From positions 33,642-97,641 of the forward strand of contig JBBTRF010000001.1 of the NCBI GenBank assembly GCA_038065315.1: a stretch of DNA of 64,000 bases, read 5' to 3'. This DNA comes from Patescibacteria group bacterium. GTDB lineage: Bacteria; Patescibacteriota; Minisyncoccia; Phycocordibacterales; JBBTRF01. This document shows positions 48,074 to 56,921 of this stretch, piece by piece. The position numbers and the translations under genes are program-made. Each line of letters opens with the position of its first letter. Position 1 is the first letter of the stretch. The notes below the pieces were generated by a model, which saw only the letters and a program-made list of their open reading frames with translations, made no database searches and was not told the origin of the DNA.

Positions 48074-48598
48074 ATGGGTATGAAACCCCAGAGCGAAATA
48101 CATTCATTGTTGAATGCTCGACCGTACCTCAAAACCCTCTTGAGCGTCTCTTTTTCGGTCTTTGCGATCGGTATTCTCTCGCTTTCTTTCAGCCTGGTGC
48201 CACCACGCGTCGAAATCGCGCAGGCTCAGGGATTGGAGACAGATCAGGTCACTGTACAGCCGGCACGGGTATCTCAGGTCAAGAAAGCTCCAATTTTGGA
48301 AATCCACGTTGCCAACAACGGCATGGTGTATATTCAGGGCGCCCACGTCGAATCTGTCTCCGGCACAAACATCAAAATAAGCACCTCCTGGAATACCGTG
48401 AAAATGTCGTGGACGATCCGCACAAATGAAACCTATTACGGCCCTCGCCACTTCGGCACTAGCTTTTTGGATCAAAAGGGTAGCCGGCTCGCGATCGGAG
48501 ATATTCAGGTGGGCGATGTGGTGGCGGTGAATGGCATGTTTGAAGCAGGGCAGAGCGAATTGGTGGTGAAGGCGGATACTGTTCGGGTCACGCAGTAG
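48074..48598 (+). CDS. Secreted/membrane-anchored hypothetical protein
   Basis: Hydrophobic N-terminal segment and beta-rich domain (IQVGDVVAVNG). Confidence 0.65.
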   Translation: MGMKPQSEIHSLLNARPYLKTLLSVSFSVFAIGILSLSFSLVPPRVEIAQAQGLETDQVTVQPARVSQVKKAPILEIHVANNGMVYIQGAHVESVSGTNIKISTSWNTVKMSWTIRTNETYYGPRHFGTSFLDQKGSRLAIGDIQVGDVVAVNGMFEAGQSELVVKADTVRVTQ

Positions 48599-48639
48599 GG
48601 AACAGGAGAAATAAAAGATGCGTGCTATCCTTATTACAT

Positions 48640-49248
48640 ATGTCACTTAGCCTTGGCCTAGTCATCGTCCTCATTGTCGTACTCGGCTACGCGAGTAATT
48701 GGCTGAATTGGCAGTTTTTGAATTATCGCCTCACCCACGCTTTGTACTATATTGGTGCGTTTGTGCACGAGTCGTCACATGCGCTCCTGTGCCTGGCGAC
48801 GGGGGCGAAGATCGAGGAGTTCAAGGTGTTTTCGTATCAGCCGCATGTCATCCATCGGCCGTCAAGACTGCCGATACTGGGAGCGTTGCTCATCTCGGCC
48901 GCGCCGATCGCTGGCGGGCTTGCTTTCCTCTATGCGATAAATCACTTTTTGCTCGACGGATATTTTATAGCAACGGGAGACGTCTTCGCCCAACTGACGC
49001 AACTCAATCCATTCCATTGGCAGAGCTGGGTGATGATCCTGCTGTGCCTCAATGCGGGAGCAATGCTTGGGCCGTCGCCGCAAGATATCAAAAATATATG
49101 GCCACTGCTCATACTGCTTTTCTTTGTGCAATCCAACTTTCTGATGAACATTGGCCTGGCCGCACTCAGCTTGATCGTGGCGAATATTGCGATTCAACTC
49201 GTATTGATCCTGCTGGTGAAGATGTGGCGAATCGTCCGGCAGAAATAG
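48640..49248 (+). CDS. Membrane metalloprotease-like protein (M50-like)
   Basis: HESSH (HExxH) within TM segments; ISAAP; PSPQD. Confidence 0.65.
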   Translation: MSLSLGLVIVLIVVLGYASNWLNWQFLNYRLTHALYYIGAFVHESSHALLCLATGAKIEEFKVFSYQPHVIHRPSRLPILGALLISAAPIAGGLAFLYAINHFLLDGYFIATGDVFAQLTQLNPFHWQSWVMILLCLNAGAMLGPSPQDIKNIWPLLILLFFVQSNFLMNIGLAALSLIVANIAIQLVLILLVKMWRIVRQK

Positions 49249-49281
49249 CCGCTCCGGCTCCCAGGTTCCTAGTGTTTCTGG

Positions 49282-50145
49282 TTATTTACGAATCTTTCCC
49301 AAGATGACACCGACTACGAGGCCAATGATGACAGCACCTACGAGGAGTATGCCAAAATTGAGTGCGCTTCCGGCGTTTTGAGAAGCGGTATTTGTCGTTG
49401 TGGACGCAACGACTTTGTTGTCAGCCGCAAACACCTCAATGGTACCATTGGCCGCGATCAGTGGTGAGTTGTCTTTGGCGAAATCCACGACCGATGCTCT
49501 GTCGAGTACTGTGACTCCGCCGACAACATGGAGGTTTTCGTTAATATAGCCGCCTTCCCAACAATCGCCCTTCGCAGAAAGGAGGAGGACGATCTTTTTC
49601 TCAAAACCAGGGATTGCGTAGCCAGCGAGAGTGAATGGCTGTGTTTCCTTGCAACCGACGATGGGGAATTCGACAAGCTTCTTGCCGGCCTGAGAGACCG
49701 AAGCGATAAAATTGGCCTTCAGAATCTCGCTCACCTCCGGACTGATGTTTTCGTAATTCACAAAACGGACGTCGACAGAAAGATCATTTTTCTTCAGGTG
49801 TATCGGTGTGAGTGGCTTGAAGCCGTTGGTGAGCGAGGCGATCTTGGCGTTGACGGGGGAGATGCTGTAGCCGTTTGCAGGCACAATGAGCCTCTCGCCT
49901 TCGTCGCAGGAATAGGCGACTTGCGAATTGCCTGTAGCCAAAGATATTTTCAATAACTCCGGTGGGCAGCCTCGGCCACTTTCGGAATTTTTTACGTAGT
50001 ACACCGATTCGTTTGCCGGGTTGTAGGTGAAGTCGTAGACGAAAGTTGGTCCGCCGACGGTGGCATGTGCGGCGTTGGTGCCGGCGAGGAGGATGAAGAG
50101 GCAGGTCACACTAAATAGCAGTCCAGCAGATTGAGGTGTTTTCAT
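49282..50145 (-). CDS. Secreted protein with C-terminal membrane anchor
   Basis: Signal peptide ending AHA, paired cysteines, C-terminal TM helix plus basic tail. Confidence 0.7.
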   Translation of the reverse strand: MKTPQSAGLLFSVTCLFILLAGTNAAHATVGGPTFVYDFTYNPANESVYYVKNSESGRGCPPELLKISLATGNSQVAYSCDEGERLIVPANGYSISPVNAKIASLTNGFKPLTPIHLKKNDLSVDVRFVNYENISPEVSEILKANFIASVSQAGKKLVEFPIVGCKETQPFTLAGYAIPGFEKKIVLLLSAKGDCWEGGYINENLHVVGGVTVLDRASVVDFAKDNSPLIAANGTIEVFAADNKVVASTTTNTASQNAGSALNFGILLVGAVIIGLVVGVILGKIRK

Positions 50146-50231
50146 AAGGGAAGTATAGCAAACATCAGGGATATAAAAACCGCCGCAGGAGCCTCTCCTG
50201 CGGCGGTGAACTGTTGTTGCAAGTCATTGGG

Positions 50232-51077
50232 TCAAGTGAGCACTTCAGCGCTTTGGCCGACATTGACCATGCCAGGCTTTGTCACAATGAAGTTGCGGCC
50301 GAATTCCACCCCTCCGTCAGTGCCCTTGCGGTAGGTGGCGAGAGTTCGAAGTGGTTCGTGGCCGCGCTTGCCGGTGAGCTGGTCTGCTGTGGTCACAACA
50401 CAGCGCACGCACTTGTTTGCCGCTGTGAGCACAACATCGCCGATCCTCAGCCTGGGCCAAAGATCTTCGTCGTAGGCATCACAACCATCCAAAACAATAT
50501 TGGGACGGAAGCGGTCCATCGGCACTGGCTCGGCACCTCTCTCATGAATGCGGCGATTGAGGTCTGCGAGCGAGGCGACTGTGGTGACGAGGAGCGGATA
50601 GCCGTCGGCGAAGCTGACCTGAATCTCGTGTCCGACCGAACTCGGCGTGCGAAGACGTGGTTGCTTGGAATTTTGTCTCACTAGGCGGCATGATCGACCG
50701 AGGAAGGTCGAGAACCATCGTGCGTGGGTGTCTCCCAGGTCCACTGCCTCGCATTGATCCTTGTGGATCGTGACGGTGCGCCTTTTGAATTCGGGAAGCA
50801 AGACGGATTCTCCATGCGAAACAGGGATGAAGTAGCGACACATGTTAGGCGCCGAGACTTGAAGAGCGAAACCGCTTTCCGGACTGCGGCCGACAGATGC
50901 ACGAATCATGGCCATTTCCGGCACTGTTCGCTGGGAGAGGAATAGCCCGTTCTCATCCGTTAGGACATAGCTTCGGTCCATGAAAGGGCCAGAAAGTCCA
51001 AGGTTGAGAAAGTCGGTCAATACGCCCTGACAGGACTTGATTGGGTAGAGGCGGAGACTTGCAACTGTGAGGTTCAT
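50232..51077 (-). CDS. MOSC-domain protein (YcbX/mARC-like)
   Basis: LYPIKSC, DR motif, FADGYPLL, MDRFRPNIV, CVRCVVTT, FGRN. Confidence 0.9.
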   Translation of the reverse strand: MNLTVASLRLYPIKSCQGVLTDFLNLGLSGPFMDRSYVLTDENGLFLSQRTVPEMAMIRASVGRSPESGFALQVSAPNMCRYFIPVSHGESVLLPEFKRRTVTIHKDQCEAVDLGDTHARWFSTFLGRSCRLVRQNSKQPRLRTPSSVGHEIQVSFADGYPLLVTTVASLADLNRRIHERGAEPVPMDRFRPNIVLDGCDAYDEDLWPRLRIGDVVLTAANKCVRCVVTTADQLTGKRGHEPLRTLATYRKGTDGGVEFGRNFIVTKPGMVNVGQSAEVLT

Positions 51078-51282
51078 CGGTGGGCCTTTCGTTTGGTGGT
51101 TTGGCTGACTACGCTTGGTTCAGACTAGCGTTTTTGCTTGGCGAGGTCAAGTTGTGTAAAGGTGAATTCGCCACGTGACTATTGACAGCAACCCACGTTA
51201 TAGTGTAGTTTGACGCCGGAACCTTGAAACAAGCTTCTCCGGCCCAGACGGCATTCTGGCACCAATTCGGAAAGAACACCCC

Positions 51283-51810
51283 ATGAACCAAAACCCTTGC
51301 GGACACCCCGTGTCTGCCACCTGCGAACGCTGCACCTACGACTTGGCGACCGCCTTGGCCGCCGGCCAAAACCGTCAGCTGACCTACGAAGAACTCAACT
51401 TCGTCTTGGTGGCCTCACTCCTCCGCACCGACTATGTGGATGCTCGGAAGGTGCTCGACGTCTTCCAGCGTGATTTTACGGCCAGCGAGCTTGAACAGAT
51501 GCTCGCGACTCGCGTCGAAAGCGGGTCGTATGACTTGGCGCTTCACGCTTCGCATATGGCAGGGCGGCCCTTGGCCCAGTTCGAGATTGACCAGGTAGCC
51601 ATCATTGGTCTCCGGGTGCACAACAACACTCATCAGGTCGTCCAGATGGCCATGCAGGGACTGCTGTCGGTGGCGGCCTTGAAAATCTTGGTGGACATCG
51701 CTGTCACCAAACAGCTTCGCCAGACTGCCGGCTTCCTTCGCAAGAAGCTCGATGAGCTGGAGAAGTTGCTTGCACCCGCCACAGAGGCGCGTGAAGGCGT
51801 CACAGCCTGA
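51283..51810 (+). CDS. Orphan helical hypothetical protein
   Basis: ORF with its own TTGACA...TATAGT promoter (about 51182-51204) and a downstream hairpin/T-tract. Confidence 0.55.
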   Translation: MNQNPCGHPVSATCERCTYDLATALAAGQNRQLTYEELNFVLVASLLRTDYVDARKVLDVFQRDFTASELEQMLATRVESGSYDLALHASHMAGRPLAQFEIDQVAIIGLRVHNNTHQVVQMAMQGLLSVAALKILVDIAVTKQLRQTAGFLRKKLDELEKLLAPATEAREGVTA

Positions 51811-51886
51811 GTCGCACTCGTTGTGTCTGCAAAATTGCAGGCGCAACACCGTCCGACGTCATTGTCGGCCGGTTTTTTCTATAAAA

Positions 51887-52477
51887 TTATTTCTGCGCGT
51901 AATACATCTGGATATCGTAACCTTGAAGGACGACTTGGATGCGCTTGAGCCCAAACATTTTTTCAGCAAAGGCCGTCATTTCCTCTTGAATTTTCTCGGC
52001 GCCCTGCTGCGCGGCTTCCTGGTCGGTGATGACTCGCTCTATCTCAATGAAGTTTCCGAGCTTTTCGACGGCGTCGAGAGTAAAAGCGTAGTCTTGGAGT
52101 GAGGTGGTACGACGAACCTTCTTTACGGTGACACCCTCTTTGTAACCAAACATATCCATCATTCCACGTACTTCCTCAGGGTCATCCACGTGAAGCTCGT
52201 GTTCACGGCAGTCGCTCTCGTTCCTGAGAGGTTTTTTGATCGTGAATATGAGCGTCTCGGTTTCCTTGTTTCCATTTGTGTCTGTTTGGCTTTGGATACG
52301 GAGACGTGGATACACCCATTCGCTGTCTAATGGCTCGAACCACCTCACATCATCCCGATGAATAAAATTGATGTCGGTCTGGGTGAGTGGGGCAGAGATG
52401 GCACAGCCAAGTGCCCTCAGCTTAGCCTCTATGGGCTCGAGGTCAGGCACTCGCAGCTTAATCTCAATCTCGCGCAT
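51887..52477 (-). CDS. CYTH-domain (class IV adenylate cyclase-like) protein
   Basis: EIEIK, LRI, KKVR, LDAVEKLGNFIEIE, GY. Confidence 0.88.
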   Translation of the reverse strand: MREIEIKLRVPDLEPIEAKLRALGCAISAPLTQTDINFIHRDDVRWFEPLDSEWVYPRLRIQSQTDTNGNKETETLIFTIKKPLRNESDCREHELHVDDPEEVRGMMDMFGYKEGVTVKKVRRTTSLQDYAFTLDAVEKLGNFIEIERVITDQEAAQQGAEKIQEEMTAFAEKMFGLKRIQVVLQGYDIQMYYAQK

Positions 52478-52641
52478 GATGAAAGAAGTATAGCGCAATG
52501 AGCTGGCGAGGGGTAGGCGATTTTAAGGCAGGTCATTTTTTGGTGGCGCAGAGGTGGTTCGGGATAGTTGAACCTCTGTGTACCTGCCTATATGTTCACA
52601 GAGTGCACATGTTAACGTCTCGCCAAGGTCTCTGAGTCTAT

Positions 52642-53484
52642 TTATGTGAAAAAGAAAAGTGTCAAGATCATTATCGAGAAGGCCATTCCACTGATGTATT
52701 TTGTCTTCATAATTTTTTTATAAGCACTCTCGTCTGAAGACACCTTCTTTAATACGGTATATACATATAACCCAACGCAGACTTCCACTAAAAGAGAAAT
52801 CACACTAACAGAATTTGAAATTTTTAAAAAAGAGTATGACAAAAGTAATCCGCCTAAATCAAAAAACGCAATAAAAGAAGTCCTAACCCCTTTCAGGCCG
52901 TATTTAACAGCAAATGTGGTATCCCCACGTTTTTTGTCTGCCTCGATCTGATATAGCTGTGATAACGGATACATACTTAGGACAAGACAGGTGGCACCGA
53001 ATGCTGCTATTAGTAGGTTGTAGTTAAAAATCTGACCACCAAAAGAAATATACCCAAAACCAAAAGAACATACTACCGTTGCTATTCCGATGGCTACGAA
53101 ACTCATAGTGGGGCTGCCTTTCCAGCGGGTATGTGGGCTGCTGTATAGCCAGAAAAATAGGACACTGATTACATAAAGAATGCTAAATACCCAGCCACTC
53201 ACCAAAGCAATAAGAAGACCAGCGCCTTGAAGTCCCCAAGATGCATAGAGCATCCACTTTTTCATTATCGGTGGGTGTTCCAATCCTCCGATTGGGCCAG
53301 TATCCTTGTCGTAGTAGGAATTATATGCAGTGACGCCTCCAAATAAGAGTCCGTGGATTGAGATGAACTGGATCAAAAATTGCAAAATGGTTGTTCTAGG
53401 GGAAAATAAGCCGCCCAGCAAAAATGGCCCTGAGAGAATAAAAAACTGATAATTCAATCTGAGGTGCTTAAGAAAATCTAGCAT
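52642..53484 (-). CDS. UbiA-family prenyltransferase
   Basis: YNSYYDKD, YSSPHTRWKG, QIEADKKRGDTTFAV; multiple TM helices; AT-rich. Confidence 0.8.
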   Translation of the reverse strand: MLDFLKHLRLNYQFFILSGPFLLGGLFSPRTTILQFLIQFISIHGLLFGGVTAYNSYYDKDTGPIGGLEHPPIMKKWMLYASWGLQGAGLLIALVSGWVFSILYVISVLFFWLYSSPHTRWKGSPTMSFVAIGIATVVCSFGFGYISFGGQIFNYNLLIAAFGATCLVLSMYPLSQLYQIEADKKRGDTTFAVKYGLKGVRTSFIAFFDLGGLLLSYSFLKISNSVSVISLLVEVCVGLYVYTVLKKVSSDESAYKKIMKTKYISGMAFSIMILTLFFFT

Positions 53485-53594
53485 GTTAAAAAGTATAGCA
53501 TTTTGGGATAAGGATTCTGTCAAAGTCGTCTCAAAAGTTCGCAACAAGTTCTATGTACGTCAAACACCTCTTGAAATTCATGGCTTTTAAAATG

Positions 53595-53666
53595 CTCCGG
53601 GAGTTGGGATCGAACCAACGACCAATCGCTTAACAGGCGATTGCTCTACCGCTGAGCTATCCCGGA
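53595..53666 (-). tRNA. tRNA-Asn (GTT)
   Basis: TCCGGGA/TCCCGGA acceptor stem, TAGCTCAGCGGTAGAGC D-arm, loop CTGTTAA, GGTTCGATCC T-arm; CCA not encoded. Confidence 0.97.
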
Positions 53667-53821
53667 ATATCGCGCTACTGAGTGCATCAAAAAGACCTTC
53701 TGCGAGCTATCTTATCAGAAACCGTGGAAAAGTGAAGTGGTCGTTCTGTCGAGGGCGGGATAAAAAAGTTCTAAAGAAAATGCTGGCTTTTTGCCATTCC
53801 ACTTCGATACAATTGTCTCCC

Positions 53822-54295
53822 ATGGTCGATGTGTCCAAATTCGAATCGGTCAAAGAGAAAGGAGAGTTGTTCTATCAAAACATAGGGCAGGTGTACTGTC
53901 CGTACTTCAAGGAGAAGGTCTCTTTCAATGCTCAGGGTATCGGGCACTTGAAATTTAAGCAAAGAGGCAAAGCTCGGAGTCTTGAGGATCAGTACATGCG
54001 CTTTAAACTCATTGCGTTTGTCCCTAAAATACTCGGAGCATCCGGTACGCTCCAGGGTCTTTTGCGCACTAATGTATTTGAGAGGGTGAAAATTCACAGC
54101 AGGACCGACACGGTTCTTAAGTTGGTGAGTTATTACGAATTCATTGCAATCATTGAACAATTCAGGATAAAGATATTGGTGAAGCAGGTGGAAGATGGAG
54201 AAAAGTTTTTCTGGAGCATCATTCCTGTCTGGGGTACCAACTCGAATACGAAAGAGCGCGCGTTGCACGATAAGGATTTGCTAAAAGACCTTTAA
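53822..54295 (+). CDS. Orphan putative BECR-fold (RelE/colicin-like) ribonuclease
   Basis: V.FNAQGIGHL...R...DQYMRFKL and a terminal beta sheet YYEFIAII..RIKILVKQ..GEKFFWSIIP. The fold assignment is inference. Confidence 0.5.
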   Translation: MVDVSKFESVKEKGELFYQNIGQVYCPYFKEKVSFNAQGIGHLKFKQRGKARSLEDQYMRFKLIAFVPKILGASGTLQGLLRTNVFERVKIHSRTDTVLKLVSYYEFIAIIEQFRIKILVKQVEDGEKFFWSIIPVWGTNSNTKERALHDKDLLKDL

Positions 54296-54300
54296 GTATG

Positions 54301-54389
54301 AAAACAAAAAACACCGCATTTTGGCGGTGTCCTTTGTTCGCGTTTGGTTACAGCTTAGTGCCGTGAGAGGGCGAACCCTCCAAACGCTG
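54301..54389 (-). ncRNA. Candidate structured small RNA convergent with 53822-54295
   Basis: Minus-strand TTGACC-17-TATACT (54423-54395), three-way junction with a UUCG loop, terminator hairpin 54311-54330 plus U-tract. Confidence 0.65.
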
Positions 54390-54446
54390 GGATAAGTATA
54401 TTTGAAAGCACGCTTTTGGTCAAGAAAATGATAAAATGGGAAGGCG

Positions 54447-54674
54447 ATGTATGTAAAAATCCGGGTAAAAGCCAGCGCCAAAGAGGAGAGGTTTATGCGG
54501 AAGACCCGCGATCATTTTGAGATTTCGGTGCGCGAGGCGGCGGAGCGTAACTTGGCGAATGGCCGAGTGCTCGAGCTAGTCGCCCGACATTTCAAGTTGC
54601 CGGTAGGGAAGGTCAGGATCATCTCTGGACATCATTCGCCCTCAAAAATCTTGAGTGTCGATGTTGGTGATTGA
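54447..54674 (+). CDS. DUF167/YggU-family protein
   Basis: KIRVKASAK...ISVREAAERNLAN...IISGHHSPSK. Confidence 0.85.
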   Translation: MYVKIRVKASAKEERFMRKTRDHFEISVREAAERNLANGRVLELVARHFKLPVGKVRIISGHHSPSKILSVDVGD

Positions 54675-54766
54675 AAGAGATTGAGTCGCGTTGCCGAATC
54701 TGCTAAAATAGAGAGGTAAGAGCCCTGCAGTACAACGTCGGCCATACTCACTAACCACACACCCAC

Positions 54767-55144
54767 ATGCGTATCACTACCAAAGCGACGAACACCACGC
54801 TCACTCCGGCCATCCTCCAATACGTCGAGAAGAAGATAGGTAATGTGGAAAAGCTTATCGATGAAGCGCACCGAGATGCGGCGCGGGCGGATGTTGAAAT
54901 TGAAGTCACTACCCATCACCACAAGGCGGGTGAGTCGCAGTTTCGCGCTGAAGTAAATCTTCACGCCGGCGACATGCATTTGCGCGCAGAAGAATTACAC
55001 GCGGATCTGTACGCGGCGATTGATGCAGTGAAAGACGAAATCACTCGCAGTATCGTCTCAAAGAAGGGAAAGCAACAGAGCCGATTGCGACGTGGCGGAC
55101 AGAAGATCAAGGATATGCTTAAGGGTTTTCCTTGGCGAGGTTAG
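54767..55144 (+). CDS. hpf: Ribosome hibernation promoting factor (RaiA/HPF)
   Basis: LTPAILQYVEKKI...AEVNL...LRAE...DLYAAID. Confidence 0.9.
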   Translation: MRITTKATNTTLTPAILQYVEKKIGNVEKLIDEAHRDAARADVEIEVTTHHHKAGESQFRAEVNLHAGDMHLRAEELHADLYAAIDAVKDEITRSIVSKKGKQQSRLRRGGQKIKDMLKGFPWRG

Positions 55145-55147
55145 TCG

Positions 55148-56011
55148 CTAGGCTTTTTGCGTTCGATAGGTCGCGTACGTCATTTCCTTTTTGCCCTCGG
55201 GGATCACTTTGTGGATGGTGAGCTCGTTGTTTTCAAAAGTCGCGTCACTGATAATGACACGCTTGTTTTCGGGTTCCATAAAATACGCACCTGGCCAGCC
55301 GGCATAGGCTTGGATTTTTCGAAAGGCGGCGAAGGGGTCGGCGGCGATAGTTTCGAGGTTGATCAGGCCGTCGATCTTTGAAATCTTTTTGGTATAGGTT
55401 GCAAGATGGTGCTCCTGGGGTACGGCTTCGATGGTGCGGTCGATCCATTGCGGGATGAGGCGCGCGAGCAGGGCTCCGCCCTTTTGCGCGAGCGCGCGTT
55501 CGAGTTCATCCACTTTTGGCCATTCCTTCACAACATGTTCTTCTTGGCCGAGGATTGGCCCATGGTCCATCTCCTCATCGAGCATCATAATAGACACACC
55601 GGTATGCCTTTCGTCCGCGATCACGGCTGATTGGATCGGTGAAGCACCACGGAATTTTGGTAATAGCGACGGATGTACGTTCAACGTGCGATGAAGCGGC
55701 AGGTCGACGTATTCCTTTGGGATGATCTTGCCGTATGCAGCAACGATGAAAAGGTCCCATCGCTCTTTACGTAATTCTTGAAGCAGCTTGCCATCTCGCA
55801 GGGTGTCGGGCTGAGCGACCCTGACGCCACGCTTCTCGGCCCACACTTTCGTAGGCGGGGGAGTGAGGACAAGCTTGCGGCCTTTTGGTTTGTCTGGGTT
55901 GGTGACCACGAGTGCCGGCGAGAGCCCGACTTTTTCTAATTCATTCAAAATATCGACGGCGAATTCTGGCGTACCGAAAAAAGCGATATGCAATTTTGGA
56001 TCAGTGCTCAT
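55148..56011 (-). CDS. fmt: Methionyl-tRNA formyltransferase
   Basis: FFGTPEFA, VTNPDKPKGR, VAAYGKII, NVHPSLLPKFRGASPI, MDHGPI. Confidence 0.96.
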   Translation of the reverse strand: MSTDPKLHIAFFGTPEFAVDILNELEKVGLSPALVVTNPDKPKGRKLVLTPPPTKVWAEKRGVRVAQPDTLRDGKLLQELRKERWDLFIVAAYGKIIPKEYVDLPLHRTLNVHPSLLPKFRGASPIQSAVIADERHTGVSIMMLDEEMDHGPILGQEEHVVKEWPKVDELERALAQKGGALLARLIPQWIDRTIEAVPQEHHLATYTKKISKIDGLINLETIAADPFAAFRKIQAYAGWPGAYFMEPENKRVIISDATFENNELTIHKVIPEGKKEMTYATYRTQKA

Positions 56012-56552
56012 GTGTCTGGATCTGCTCCGGTACGGGCATTTCTCGGATGTCTTTCGCTTTGTCGATGAAAAGGATGCCATCGAGATGGTCGACTTCGTGT
56101 TGGAAGATCTGGGCCAAAAGTCCGCTGGCGCCGCGCTCAAAGGCGTTGCCGTGCTCGTCGTATGCTCGGATCGTGGCCTTTGACGCGCGGCGCACCTTGC
56201 CAAACAACGGCCGAACGCTCAAGCACCCTTCCTCCATTTGCTTTTTGTCTTTCGAGGTCGCGATAATCTCCGGATTGATATATACAAGCTGTCGAGCGGC
56301 CCCGGTATCTCCTTTTTCATCGGTACCTCCTTTCTCGCGGAGTGAGGAGAACACGAGTTCGGAGATAACGAACATGCGCAGCGGCACTCCGATCTGCGGG
56401 GCGGCGAGACCCACGCCATCGGCTTCTTTGGCGAGAGCCTCGCGCATGTCCTTCAGGATCGCGTTCAGACGAGCACCGCCGATGTCCTTCAGAGGCACCG
56501 GTTTGGCATGTTGGCGGAGGACAGGAGCCTCCTTTTGGAGTATCGGCTTCAT
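56001..56552 (-). CDS. def: Peptide deformylase
   Basis: GVGLAAPQIG, EGCLS, QHEVDHLDG. Confidence 0.97.
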   Translation of the reverse strand: MKPILQKEAPVLRQHAKPVPLKDIGGARLNAILKDMREALAKEADGVGLAAPQIGVPLRMFVISELVFSSLREKGGTDEKGDTGAARQLVYINPEIIATSKDKKQMEEGCLSVRPLFGKVRRASKATIRAYDEHGNAFERGASGLLAQIFQHEVDHLDGILFIDKAKDIREMPVPEQIQTHEH

Positions 56553-56921
56553 TGCCACATACTAGCCGATTTTGTCAAAAAAAACCAGCGCAACCTCAAG
56601 GGTGTGCGCTGGGGGTGGTATGCGATCAGTCGGGAAGAGTGATCAGCGTACCTGTTGCGGAAAGAGCAGTGACAGCTGGGGCGGGACGGGGAGAGAGCGG
56701 GATGCCCAGCTCCCCGTCCAACCTTGGTCCAAGGCTGGTCAAAGACCTTGGGACGACGGTTTTCTCGTTTGGCACTTTCTCTCGGGGTGGGCGAGAGACG
56801 CTGTGGGAGGAACCGGGGCTGTTTTTGTCGGGGCCAGTGTTAGTATAGCACACCATCCAAGGGTGTCAATAGGTTGTAGATGGCAAAAAACTACCCTAAC
56901 TGAGCCATTCCCTGGTACCTC

